Shown here: piece after piece, positions 1-13,150 of the stretch | How the letters are laid out: each line of letters starts with the position of its first letter | Position numbering within the stretch: the first letter of the stretch is position 1 | DNA from: Eledone cirrhosa | Taxonomy: Eukaryota | Direction of reading: 5' to 3' | Assembly: GCA_964016885.1 (NCBI GenBank) | Contig: OZ024741.1 | Location: forward strand, 145,514,001 to 145,578,000 | DNA: 64,000 nt | Made by a program: the position numbers and the translations under genes | Notes under the pieces: model-generated | Database searches by the model: none | Told to the model about the DNA's origin: nothing | The model's input: the letters and a program-made list of their open reading frames with translations, nothing else

Positions 1-1630
1 ATGGATGGATAAGCGAGTTGGAACTGGAGGAACTGAGCAGAGAGATTAGGTTGGAAATGGAGAGTGGAGTATGTCAGGAAAATGAGCCAGTGGGAAATAA
101 AGGTGAGGAGGTTGAGAGACCTGAAGAAGCATCCGAAGCAGACAATGATCTGAATGCTGAAATAAATAACATCTGGAACAAAGATACGGCCATTGAGGAA
201 ATGAATACTGACGGGCTAGGACAACATATGGTTAATATCCTGAACTTAGTGGTAGATGAAATGAACAATGATAGTGGAAAACCTATGAACCTAAGATTTG
301 TACACAGGAAAAAGTTAAAAGAAACAACAGCTAAGGTAAACAAAGTCATCCCATACCTTGAGTCGAGGAACCTTCACCAATGCAACAAATATCCTCAAAG
401 CAACAGCAAATGTGGTGAGGAATTTACTTGGCATAAAAGCGAGAGGAAACAACAAACAAGAAAGATAAGAACCTTGGTGGAAGAAACGACTGAATAGTCA
501 AATCAAGGAAATGAAAAAAGACATTGGAAAGCTTCAGCCCCTACTGAATGGGACATTACAAAACATAGACACTAAAAATAGATTGGAAATAAAGTACAAA
601 ACTAGGGGGAAAAAGCTAAATATTATCATAGAGAAACTGAAGCAAGGCATTGTAGCAAAAAGTGCAAAGATTAGGCGGTATGAGAGCAGAGTCAGTCAGT
701 ATAGACAGAACCGCATGTTTGACAACAACCAGAAGATGTTGTTTGGGCAGCTTGAAGGGAAAGAAAGAGCCAACGACTTGATCCCTGAGACGGAACAGAC
801 TAAGACATTCCGGAGAGGAATATGGGAGCAGGATGTTGAACATAATAGTCAGGCACTGTGGGTTGAGACAGTACAAAAGGAAATTAGTGAACAAGCACAC
901 CAACAAGCTGATTTGAGTATCACAGTTGAAACTCTTAAAGGGCAGGCCAAAAAACTAAGGCTAGCCCACTGTAGGATCTGTGGAGGGAGAGAGGAGACTG
1001 TGGCTCACATTGTATCCGAGTGTAAACACCTAGCCCAGACTCACTATAAAGGCTGGAGATATGATGTGATAGGCAGGGTGATCCACTGGCATCTATGCAA
1101 ATTAAACAATTTACCACATTCTGGGAAGTGGTATGAGCATAAGCCAGAGTCGGTGATAGAAAACGATCAGGTGAAGGTGCTATGGGATTTTAGGATACAG
1201 ACGGACAAGAAATTAGAACACAATAAGCCTGACCTGGTGGTTTTCGACAAGGAAAAAAGATCGTGCCTGATTGTAGATGTAGCCTACACGTGAGTGCAAG
1301 AAAAGGAGAGGGAGAAAATTAACCGATACCAGGACTTAAAGTGGGAGTTAAGAAGAATTTGGAACTGCCATGAAGTCAAGGTCGTCCCAATTGTCATAGG
1401 CGCACTAGGTACTATCTCAAAGAGTTTCCAAGGATGGTTAAAGAAGATTAGTCCAGCCCTGCTTTTTGAAACACTTCAAAAGGCAAGCTTGCTGGGAGCA
1501 GCAAGAACCCTCTGATACGTCCTAAATATCTGAGGCTGCAGGTAGCAGCTTGATATTCATTTCAACAAACTTTCCAGTTAAATAACATCAATGACTGAGA
1601 CTCAAATAATAATAATAATAATAATAATAA
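1..1630 (+). mobile_element. R4/Dong-like RLE non-LTR retrotransposon, RT domain deleted, ending in (TAA)n
   Basis: ORFs 511-1293 and 1294-1515 carry the CCHC knuckle CRICGGREETVAHIVSECKHL, the restriction-like endonuclease motif KPDLVVFDKEKRSCLIVDVA...EKINRYQDL and VVPIVIGALG; (TAA)n tail at about 1606-1630. Confidence 0.88.
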
Positions 1631-1683
1631 GTGTTTCTACTTTTGACACAAGGCCAGCAATTATTCCAGTGCATTACTGGTAC
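1612..1683 (-). mobile_element. 3' fragment of tRNA-derived SINE (same family as 8248-8449)
   Basis: gtttctacttttgacacaaggccagcaattattccagtgcattactggtac is the reverse complement of the SINE 3' end at about 8385-8440. Confidence 0.8.
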
Positions 1684-4600
1684 AGGGATTTCTGGAAGTT
1701 GTCCATAGGCCCCGGCCCGAAAGTTCTTCCTGAGAGATTGGCTAGTTGATATTCGTCGACGACTAGAGTTTCCCCAAGTACGTCGTCGCTCTTCCTCTCC
1801 ACTAATCCTCTATAGAACGCTGAGGTGGAGTTTCCACCGATCACATTGACCGATTGGTTGAGGGCTGTGAGCGCCTGAAGACATTCCAGTCTCAAGTGCT
1901 CCCTCTCGGTCTTCGCTTGACCCAGGACTGCAGCTCCGTCAAGGAGACGAGCTGGGGAAAGACGCGTCTAGCAAACGGCGACCACACCTGATCACCGTCG
2001 AGGAAGAGGTGGAGATGTCTTAGCCTGAGCGCGTGCCTGCGCATCATCAGCCACGGCATGCCCAGCCCTCCACGTAGCGGGTGTTGACAACAGATGGATC
2101 GCCTGACCATCGGAGTGCGTCCCTTCCACAAAAAGCGAAAGAGCAAACGCGCCATCTCAGTCAGGCGGGGCTTAGGACAAGGTACGACGGTCAGGCGGTA
2201 GTAGATGACGGACGCAATGTACGCGTTAGCCATCTCCGCTTGACCTTTCAGGTATAGTTTCCTCTTCGCCCATTTCTGGGTGAGAGAAGCCACCCTGCTC
2301 GTCACCTCGTCCAAGTTTTTGTCCGTCTGGAGGTCCTGACCGAACCAGACCTCTAGCAATTTAACCGGTCCGTCCGTCCAGCGCCTAACGACGCTGTTGG
2401 ACGGCATGGACCTGCCTCTCCAGGTGCCGAGCTGCAGACCCACTGACTTTTCCTGGTTGATCATTGTTCCTGTCACCGCTTCGTATTCTCTTAGTGTAGT
2501 GCCGATCGCCTCGATGTGTTTGGCGTTCGACACCACTATGGTGACATCGTTCGCATATGCTGACACGGATCTTCCGCATCCTAGTTCGCGCGGGACGTCC
2601 CTCAGCGTCTCCAGTTTGTGCAGTAATGGCTCGAGAGTCAATACGTACAAGAGGGACGAGAGGGGACATCCCTGGCGGACCGAGCGCATGATGTTGAACG
2701 GTTCTGAAAGGTGACCGTTCACTCTCACCACAGAGCAGATGTCGCTGTGCATGGCAGCGATCCAGCCTCTGAAGACGGACCCAAAGCCAGCCACCTTCAG
2801 GACTGCCGCTAGGTAACGATGGTCGACCCTATCGAAAGCTTTCGACTGATCTAAATTGATCAAGGACCCACCCGTGCCAGGTTCCCTAGCTACCCTCTCT
2901 ACGATGTTTCGCATGAGGTGGAGGTTGTCGTGGATGGATCTGTCGGGAATGGCGCATGTCTGCACCTCTCCCACCAGACCACCAACGACAAGCGCCAACC
3001 TCTTTGCTAGCACCTTGGCCAAAATCTTGAACTCTGTGTTTAGCAGAGTTATGGGCCTAAAATTATCTATGTTATCCCCCTTGTTCGGATCCTTTCTCAG
3101 CAGCGTCACCGCTCCTCGGCTCACAGAGCTGGGAATTCTCCCGTTCTGTTGCCAGTTGCAGTAGCCGTCCGCCAAGAGGCCTCCGAACAAGTCTGGCATC
3201 TGTACGTAAAGTTCATAGGGCAGGCCATCGAAACCAGGCGATTTACCCCTTGTGCAGCCAGTCATTGCCTCCCGTAGTTCAGCTGCTGTTATCGGCGTTT
3301 CGCAACACTCCGCCTCAGTGGCCGAGAGCCGCGGCAGTCCGTCGAGGTAGACACTAAAGTCCATCCCTCAATCCGGCCCGCCGCTGCCCCCGAACAGCTG
3401 AGCGAAGTGTCGCTGAAAAGCTTCACACATTTGCCCGGGATCGAGTAGCATGCGCCCGTCATGGTCCACCAAAGACCGGATCGTGGCTTTGTTTCCACTA
3501 CGCGCCTCCGCCACTCGGGCCCATTGAACGGATTTCGCCCCCTCGTGTCTTGAGAGCACGCACCCTAGCTCTGACAACGCAGCCTTCGTTCTTTGCATTG
3601 AAGAATTGGTCAAGGGCCAATTTCGCCGCAAGTACGTCGGTCGCGATGCCTTTGCTAAGCGCCTCGTCTAATTCTCTAACTAGTTCTCCCTCTGCTCTAT
3701 TTTTCTCTATAGCTAAAGCCTTACTAAACCTAATGGGCTCTATTCTAATTGCTCTTTTCAGAACAAACCACCACTTGTTGTTGACGATGGCCCCCATCAA
3801 CGCTCGCTTAACTAGTTCGCTAAGACGGTCTCTGTAGGCCTTGCGCGCTGGTAAGGCCGCGTTTAGCTTCCAGTAGCCGGGTCCTCGTCTATGAAGCCTA
3901 TCTAAGTCAAGCACACAGATCACAAATTTGTGGTCCGTGTAGCTGACTATCTTGAATTGTGGACAGCTTATGCTAGACCTATCTATTTCCCTACAAAGTA
4001 CTCTATCTAGATATGATCTGGATGAACCGATACGGTTTGTCCAAGTCCACATTGGCTCATTCGGGAAATCCAATCGGTACCTGTCAGACAGTTCAAAACG
4101 CCTGAGCAGGTTGGTGAGGCTCGTGCACCCTCCTCCCCTATCCGCTAATCCCACACAGTCCCAGCGTGCATATAAGATCCCGTTCCAGTCGCCCACTAAC
4201 ACTAAAGAGCGGGACGTTCCAAGAAAGGTCTGCAGATGCCAGAAGATTCAGGCCGCCCTGCTCCTGTCGGGGCATAGACGGCCACTAGCCTGAAAGCTTG
4301 CCTGTCTTCGCTGGTCACGTCCAGCACCACCAACTTACCTTCTGGTTCCAGGAAGATGGCACGTATGGCGAGATCCAAACCTCTCCGAAAAATCACAGCA
4401 ACTCCTCCCCCCGATCCAGGACGACTGGGAGATGAGTACACATCGTAGCCGCCGAAGATCGGTGCGAAGGCCCGTGCCTCAGAGATTCTGGTCTCGCTGA
4501 TGGCCACCACATCTATGTTTAGCGACCTGAGATCGTTCAGCAGGTGCCCCTGCTTTCAAGACGACCCCAGGCCACGTACATTTATGCTACCTATTCTGAG

Positions 4601-5760
4601 AGTAGCCATGTTGGCTAGGATAGGAGGAAAACAAGTGAGAGGGGAGAGGTAAAAAAAATTACCTGTGTCTCTTCTTTAGGAAGGGAGTGGGTGATCCATC
4701 CCTCCGACCATTGGTGGGTTTCTCCACGAGAATATCCGTGAATATTCTTTTGGTGATGTTCCCACAGTAGTCTCCAATTGATGTGGGGAAGATTTTTTTA
4801 ATGTTATGTAATTTTTTTGTGTAATTTCTATTATTTTTATGTGTGTTGGGGGTGAAATTTTGGTGGTTTGTACGTAGTTTGTTTCTGTGATGTTGGTGTG
4901 GTGTTGAATGTAATTTAAAAGCTTTGTGTCTGTGGCTGTGTTTTGTGTCTGCTGTTTGGGTGTTGGTGTTTATGTGTTTGCTGTTGTGTTGTTGGAGGTG
5001 ACGATGGGGTAGATGGTAAGGGTGGTGGTGGCGGTTGTGTTGGTGATGGTGTAGGTGGTTGTGGGGTGTGGCTGTTGATGGTGGTGGAGGAGGTGGGGTA
5101 GTTTTCATTTTCTTTTTTTTAAGGTTCTTTCTTCCTTTTTTTTTTTTGCGGGGGATGAGGGTAGGGAGTTCTTCCTTTTTTTTGTTGGAATAGTTCTCCA
5201 CTCTTCGGCCTCATCGCACTCCTTGTCCAATATAGCTATATCAGGAAGGGGTATGCTTTCCATTGGTTCCGTGGGTGGTGGAAGAGATGGTGTTTTTGTT
5301 GTTGGGGATGGTGATTTCTCTTCTGCCACTGTGGTCTTTGTTTGTTTGTCTGCTCCAGTTGCAGGGCACGGCGTAGGGAGAAGGGGTGGGCGCGTGCCTA
5401 TTTTGGTAATTTTGGGGCAGAATGCCTTAAGGTGCGTCTTGTGACCGCATCCATGACGCCTTGGGCGCCTACCTTCGACAGTCACGGGTAGATGGCTGCC
5501 GTCGTCCAGGTCTATTACATCGGGGATGGCCTCAACGCTTTCGTGGTTTGCTTGGATGATTAGCTCCATCCCCGACCCTGTCCAATTTTCCTGTCTTATT
5601 CATATGACGTTGAGTATGGTTGTTGAATCTTCAACGTCCTCGCTGACGGCTGCCGTCAACCACGCCATCTCCACTAAGGGGAACCTGGCCTACTCGAACC
5701 CTCACGACTCTCTGGCCGTAATATGTGGGCATCATTGTGATTTCATTACTGCAGAGTGGT
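1684..5760 (-). mobile_element. Tx1/L1-clade LINE (ORF1 plus APE-RT ORF2), frameshifted and truncated at both ends
   Basis: ORF2 starts at 4609 (MATLRIGSINVRGL...VVAISETR, LVGDWN, SYLDR, YTDH = APE endonuclease). RT motifs KSPGFDG, FRPITLLNTEFK, LDQSKAFDRV, VRQGCPLS, AYANDV. ORF1 remnant 5105-5760 has a degenerate knuckle GCGHKTHLKAFCP. Confidence 0.93.
1892..3364 (-). pseudogene. Reverse transcriptase segment of Tx1 ORF2
   Basis: 490-aa ORF with non-LTR RT motifs; catalytic YADD altered to YAND; flanked by stops and frameshifts. Confidence 0.9.
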
Positions 5761-5764
5761 GCAA

Positions 5765-6860
5765 TGGAAATAGAAATTGTCAGAAAAGAGTACTTTCGAA
5801 GATTGAGGATGATCCTCAAGTGGAGTTTGAATAGTGGAAATACTGTCCAGATAATAAACACCAGAGCTGTTTCATTAATTAGGTATAGGGCAGGAATAGT
5901 AGAATGAATGACAGTAGAATGGAAGGAAATTGATAAGAAAACAAGGAAAGTACTGAATAACTATTGAAATATATACCCACAAGTTGATGCAAACAGGCTG
6001 TATTGGAAAAGAAAGGAAGAAGGAAGGGGATTTCTGTCAAAATAAAAGAAAGTGGTATGGGCTTCTACATAAAAAATAAGAAAGAAAAATATATATTGGG
6101 GTTGTCAAGGATGGCGCATTTGAGAAAAATGGCGACCCAGAAAACACAAATTTTGTGGTTGCTGAAGAGTGTAAAGAAGCATTTGATGAAAAGCCCCTGC
6201 ATTCAGCATTCCTTAAGGGAATGAGAAACGTGTGTGATAACAAAAATACTTGTTATGGTTATGGAAAAGCTACATTCAGAAAGAAACAGAAGAACTTATA
6301 TTAGCAGTGCTAGATCAAGCCATAAGAACAAGGTGGGTAATGAAAAAATTAGACAAGAAAGGTTTTCAAGCTCAATGCAGAATTTGTGGGAAGAAAGCAA
6401 ATACAGTTGCCCATATCGTTTCAGAGGGGAAGCAGTTAGCCCAGAATGATTATAAAAAGCATTAGGTTGCTACCATGTTGCACTGGATCTTGTGTAAAAC
6501 GTATGGATTTCCATGTGCAGACAAAAGCTATGAACATGGTGTCACAAACGATATGAGATGCTAGAGAAGAGTAAGATGGGATTTCCCGATTCAGATAAAG
6601 TTGAAGATTGAACACAACAGATGAGATATTTTGTAATTGAGAAGGAAAGAAACTGTACCCTCATAAATGTAGTGCATCCATTTGACACTAGAATTGAACA
6701 AAATGAGGAGAAAGTAGAGACTGTAAATGGTGATTGGTGCCCTTAGCATGGTGACAAAAAACCTTGAAAACTACCTGCTGAAAATAAACATTGCACTAGG
6801 GATTGAACCACTACTGGGAACAGCCTGAATATTGGGAAAGGTTCTGGATTGTCAGCAGCA
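5765..6860 (+). mobile_element. Second, more decayed R4/Dong-like LINE 3' fragment
   Basis: VRKEYFRRLRMILK..LNSGN..IINTRAVSLIRY (post-RT thumb), KETEELILAVLDQAIRT, CRICGKKANTVAHIVSE knuckle; many stops. Confidence 0.8.
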
Positions 6861-6876
6861 GTGAAATGACAAGGAA

Positions 6877-7646
6877 TCTACATATATAAAGTGTTGTAGT
6901 TCCTGTCTGTTTGTTTGTTTGTTCACGAATTCCTCTATGGTTTTGGAGATAGACCCCCATAACCATATATATTCTGAAACTACATTTCCCAGGATACTTG
7001 GATAAGTTTATTTCATTTTATCAACCCTTCTGAAAGTTTTTGCCTTCAATTTATATGAAATTTATACCATAGGTAAATTACAAGATATGATGCTATTCAC
7101 AAAATTTCAGCAAATTTCAATAATATTAAGACACCCTAATTGGGGTAAAACCCCCTATAGTGAAAATTTTGGAAGCCCTTAACTTGAGTATTGGAACCTC
7201 TATTATCACGGGGTTTTTCTATTAATTAAATGTAAATCAACAAAAAAAGCACCTCTCTTTTATGTTATTTACCCTGAAGTTCTTCATTAGGATGTATGAA
7301 ATATATTTTCATGTATTTATTATGTTAAATAATAAATAATTAAACTTTGAATTTCTAATTTGAAAATAATGCTTTACACAAAAATGAAATGATCAAGTTT
7401 TGAATTGATATTTTGAAAAAAATTATTTACAAGAAACAAAATAAGAATAAGATTTAATAATATAATTTTGATTTGATATATTACAAAAAATAATGTTTTC
7501 CAATTTTTCATGCGTTACATTTTACATTGAGTAATATTGAAATGCTGAGTTTTTCTCCATAAATTATATCACTGATTTAAAATCAATCATCATTTTCTTA
7601 CAAAAAAAATGTGTGAAACACAGCAAGGCATGGGTAATTCGGCTAG
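6877..7646 (+). mobile_element. Non-autonomous Helitron-like element
   Basis: A|TCTACATATATAAA 5' end followed by a GTCT/GTTT microsatellite; degenerate GC hairpin then CTAG|T 3' end; inserted between A and T with no TSD. Confidence 0.65.
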
Positions 7647-8247
7647 TCTATTTATAAATTTGAGCGACTTCTGTCTATCACACAATGTGTGTGTGTGTTT
7701 GTGTGAATGTATGTGTGTAAAAGGAAGTGATTGGTGGAAAAACTATAGCAAAACAACAGCTGGCGTTCCATTTGCTATACTGTGTGAGTGTATGTGTATG
7801 TGTGTGTTTGTGTGAATGTATGTCTGTGAGTGTGTATTTTGTGTGTTTGTGTTTGCGCATTCATATTTATATACTCATTCATATAAATGTATGCATATGC
7901 ACATACACACACGCACACACATATATGAGTCAGCATGTTGAAAAAAATTCTAGTGATATGAAAAAGCTGAAGCTAAACAAGGTTACTAGTTGTAACCCAG
8001 TATTCCCTAAAATAACAGATCCAAAGCACCATTAAAGCTGGTCGTGATAAATAATCAAATAATAATAATAATAATTTTTGCCCTAGGTGTAGGGAAGACA
8101 CTCAGCAAGAAATAGAAACAAAACTGAAGGAAGAAATAATGATAATAAGCAAACAAAAATAATGATAATAAGCAGGAACGAAATACCAATGTTACAACAT
8201 TAAACATAATGATGTTATATTGATTCTTCTTCTTATTATTATTATTA

Positions 8248-8449
8248 GGGCGGTGGATTGGCAGTATCGGTAGAGGGTCGGACGCCATGCTTTGCAGCAA
8301 AGAGTTACGGCCCTTTATGCTCTGAGTTCAAATCCTGCGAAGGTTAAACTTTGCCTTTCATCCTTACGGGGTTGATAAAATAAAGTACCAGTAATGTACT
8401 GGGTAATTGCTGGCCTTGTGCCAAAAGTAGAAACAATTATTATTATTAG
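8248..8449 (+). mobile_element. tRNA-derived SINE with Deu/Nin-like central domain and (TTA)n tail
   Basis: A box TGGCAGTATCGG, B box GAGTTCAAATCC, central GCCTTTCATCCTTACGGGGTTGATAAAATAAAGTACCAG; several copies in the window. Confidence 0.85.
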
Positions 8450-9389
8450 TCACACTCTGCTTCTTAAGAATACCGTCTGTGGTGAAATACTAAATGTAGA
8501 ATGCCACACTAGTAACCGCAACCAAATATTAGCATCGAGTGCTCAAACTCATAAACTATCAGTAATTGAAACTGGCACACCAATTTGTCACTACCTGTTT
8601 TGTTTTTTCTCAATGTACACTGGAATGAATGGTATCAATCTTAATGCATCAAAGCCATAGTGATTTCCAGAGGTTGACTGAATAGTTGGGACTGTCCATT
8701 TTTCCATTGTATTTTTCATTGTCCTATTCTAAAGACATAGTCATGTAGGTTTTTTTAAAACTATCATATAATAGGCATCACACTACCCAGTCTTCCTCTA
8801 CTCTCCCTTCTTTCCTTTTCTACACCTCAGTGTCATTCTTCTTTGTCTGTGTTAGACTACAGTCCTTATTATTCTCTTCTGTTTTGCTATTTCTCTCCCT
8901 TCTATATTTTTTCTCATTTGGCTTAGCCCTCATGCAGTATTCTTGCCCTTCTTTGTCAGTTGACACACTTGGGACACTTTTCTTCAATATTTTTGTTATT
9001 CGCCTAAAGGCATGACATATCTCTACCTGTTTTATTAGGTTCCAATGTGCTCTGGAATAAACGGTGTCAACCTTAATGCTCCAAACCGTAGGGATTTGCA
9101 GAGGTTGACTGAGGAGACGTGTGTGTGTGTGTGTGTGTTTGTGTGTGTATATACATACATACGTATACACACACATACACACACATATATATATATATAT
9201 AGGATAACATCTATGATGAAATACTAAATGTAAAATCCCATACCAGTAGCTGGACCCAAATATTAGCATTGAGTGCTCAAACTTGTGAACTATCAGTAAT
9301 TGAAACTCACACCCCTATTTGTCTATACCATGAATTTCACTTAAAAGATGGATCCATCTTCAAAATTAAGAATAACTTCTCGTGCAACC

Positions 9390-9720
9390 GTTTTATGTCA
9401 TAACCTGCAGAGGTTACCACAGACATTAAATTGGACAGACAGGGTTGACATATAGAAAAAGAATGACAGTCCATAGACAACAAATAAGAATCCCATATAC
9501 TAGAAAGATCCCTCAAAGCAAACATATGCTACCAAATTTTGATGTTTTCCCATTATACCAATGTGATTATGAAATCACAGAACAAGATAGAATTAATAAA
9601 GAGAAAATGTTTATAAGAAAATTCAAACTAATTTTAAACTCACAACATAATAATTTTTTTTTCAAACACGAAAAAAAAGTAAAGATACACCCCTTGTCAC
9701 AAATTTAAAAAAAATAAATT
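9390..9720 (+). mobile_element. Penelope-like GIY-YIG endonuclease remnant
   Basis: ...IGQT..TYRKRMTVHRQQIR...SKH...DRINKEKMFIRKFK..LN; a related copy lies at 46112-46340 on the minus strand. Confidence 0.65.
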
Positions 9721-9971
9721 TATCAAGGCAAGCATCAACAAACCAAAAAAAAGAAAGAAGCAAGTTGTATCCATAACTTTCGCAAGGACAGAAGCGACCC
9801 TGACCATGCAATCGTAAAACAGTATGCAGTTGTTTGAATGAAAGGAGAATTAAACTTAAAAAGAAATGCTTTTGAAAATCTAAAAATGGAGAAAGCAGAC
9901 TATGCTAAACATCAATTTTTTTTTGTGCATGTTATAAAGATCCTCTATAATGGCCTGTCCTCATAGGGGTG

Positions 9972-10028
<57 letters not shown>

Positions 10029-10470
10029 GAAAGGTAGAGAAAATATTGTAGGAAAAAGCCAACAGTATTCCATAATATATAAGTGACTATAGCGTCAAAA
10101 TGGGAAAAATAGTTAACATAAGATGTGGGAAAAATAATTCAAACTCAACTCAAAAAGAATCAGGATATAGATTCATCCAACAGAATTTAGTGAAATCCAG
10201 GGAAAAATCAATAGAGCCTTAACTCATGATAAAATAAAGTTTAAAATACTCATCCTTCAATTTGGGACAACTACAAATGCTCTGTATAGTCTTGAAGACT
10301 ATTTCACGAAAACTTTCAGTGGAGATGGTCACGGTTGAAATTCGATCCTCAGCAGAGCTCAACTCGATAGCCAAATTTCTCACTGATTAATGTGCCAAAA
10401 AGGGAATTAAAAGCAGGCTAGCTTACCATCATGCGTGATTATGAAAATATATATATATATATACATATAT

Positions 10471-13150
10471 ATGGTGGCTGCCAACTCGTTTTCGAGTATG
10501 GCCACTACTTTATATCCATGTAGGAGAACCCCTACCGATGCGCTAAACAAGTGTGACTTTTTAGTCCAGCCAGCGACTTGAAAAGTCTGGTACAAACACT
10601 ACACTTGTGACAATTATTGATACATAGTGCTGGGCCCATGGTACCATGTGACGACAAGTGCAGAGCGATCTCCAGAAATAAAGCAATGCCTGTGCCGTGA
10701 AGCTTTTATAGTGAGCAAAGGCACTGCACAAAGCCAGTCCCACTCTCTTAACCAAGATGATATTTACCAAAAAGAACAAGTCAACATCATTGGATACAAT
10801 CAGGGTTGCAGGTGTTATATCAGAGTTTTCCTTCTCCTAGAATTCTGCCTTGACAAAGGCTAAGGGGTCATCTCTCCCGGATATATATACACATACATAC
10901 ATACACATATATATATATATATACATGGTGGCTGCCAACTCGTTTTCGAGTACGGCCATTACTTTATATCCATGTAGGAGAACCCCTACCGATGCGCTGA
11001 ACGAGTGTGACTTTTTAGTCCAGCCAGCGACTTGAAAACTCTGGTACAAACACTACACTTGTGACAGCTATTGACACATAGTGTTGGGCCCATGGTACCA
11101 TGTAACGACAAGTGCAGAGAGATCTCCAGATATAAAGCAATGCCTGTACCGTGAAGCTTTTATAGTGAGCAAAGGCACTGCACAAAGCCAGTCCCACTCT
11201 CTTAACCAAGATGATATTTACCAAAAAGAATAAGTCAACATCCTTGGATACCATCAGGGTTGCAGGTGTTATATCAGAGTTTTCCTTCTCCTAGAATTCT
11301 GCCTTGACAAAGGCTAAGGGGTCATCTCTCCCGGATATATATACACATACATACATACACATATATATATATATATACATGGTGGCTGCCAACTCGTTTT
11401 CGAGTACGGCCATTACTTTATATCCATGTAGGAGAACCCCTACCGATGCGCTGAACGAGTGTGACTTTTTAGTCCAGCCAGCGACTTGAAAACTCTGGTA
11501 CAAACACTACACTTGTGACAGCTATTGACACATAGTGTTGGGCCCATGGTACCATGTAACGACAAGTGCAGAGAGATCTCCAGATATAAAGCAATGCCTG
11601 TACCGTGAAGCTTTTATAGTGAGCAAAGGCACTGCACAAAGCCAGTCCCACTCTCTTAACCAAGATGATATTTACCAAAAAGAATAAGTCAACATCCTTG
11701 GATACCATCAGGGTTGCAGGTGTTATATCAGAGTTTTCCTTCTCCTAGAATTCTGCCTTGACAAAGGCTAAGGGGTCATCTCTCCCGGATATATATACAC
11801 ATACATACATACACATATATATATATATATACATGGTGGCTGCCAACTCGTTTTCGAGTACGGCCATTACTTTATATCCATGTAGGAGAACCCCTACCGA
11901 TGCGCTGAACGAGTGTGACTTTTTAGTCCAGCCAGCGACTTGAAAACTCTGGTACAAACACTACACTTGTGACAGCTATTGACACATAGTGTTGGGCCCA
12001 TGGTACCATGTAACGACAAGTGCAGAGAGATCTCCAGATATAAAGCAATGCCTGTACCGTGAAGCTTTTATAGTGAGCAAAGGCACTGCACAAAGCCAGT
12101 CCCACTCTCTTAACCAAGATGATATTTACCAAAAAGAATAAGTCAACATCCTTGGATACCATCAGGGTTGCAGGTGTTATATCAGAGTTTTCCTTCTCCT
12201 AGAATTCTGCCTTGACAAAGGCTAAGGGGTCATCTCTCCCGGATATATATACACATACATACATACACATATATATATATATATACATGGTGGCTGCCAA
12301 CTCGTTTTCGAGTACGGCCATTACTTTATATCCATGTAGGAGAACCCCTACCGATGCGCTGAACGAGTGTGACTTTTTAGTCCAGCCAGCGACTTGAAAA
12401 CTCTGGTACAAACACTACACTTGTGACAGCTATTGACACATAGTGTTGGGCCCATGGTACCATGTAACGACAAGTGCAGAGAGATCTCCAGATATAAAGC
12501 AATGCCTGTACCGTGAAGCTTTTATAGTGAGCAAAGGCACTGCACAAAGCCAGTCCCACTCTCTTAACCAAGATGATATTTACCAAAAAGAATAAGTCAA
12601 CATCCTTGGATACCATCAGGGTTGCAGGTGTTATATCAGAGTTTTCCTTCTCCTAGAATTCTGCCTTGACAAAGGCTAAGGGGTCATCTCTCCCGGATAT
12701 ATATACACATACATACATACACATATATATATATATATACATGGTGGCTGCCAACTCGTTTTCGAGTACGGCCATTACTTTATATCCATGTAGGAGAACC
12801 CCTACCGATGCGCTGAACGAGTGTGACTTTTTAGTCCAGCCAGCGACTTGAAAACTCTGGTACAAACACTACACTTGTGACAGCTATTGACACATAGTGT
12901 TGGGCCCATGGTACCATGTAACGACAAGTGCAGAGAGATCTCCAGATATAAAGCAATGCCTGTACCGTGAAGCTTTTATAGTGAGCAAAGGCACTGCACA
13001 AAGCCAGTCCCACTCTCTTAACCAAGATGATATTTACCAAAAAGAATAAGTCAACATCCTTGGATACCATCAGGGTTGCAGGTGTTATATCAGAGTTTTC
13101 CTTCTCCTAGAATTCTGCCTTGAAAAAGGCTAAGGGGTCATTTCTCCCGG
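10471..13150 (-). repeat. Tandem array of six 454-bp units derived from a non-autonomous RTE element
   Basis: Units start at 10471, 10925, 11379, 11833, 12287 and 12741; identical ORF translations recur every 454 bp; each unit includes an (AT/AC)n spacer. Confidence 0.97.

Noticed and set aside
4659-5201. His/Pro-rich 180-aa ORF
   Set aside because: Low-complexity, frameshifted tail of Tx1 ORF1, not a host gene.
10471-13150. CRISPR array or hammerhead retrozyme interpretation of the 454-bp repeats
   Set aside because: Units have no variable spacers and there are no cas genes. CTGAACGA...GAAA in the unit lacks a complementary stem I and stem III.
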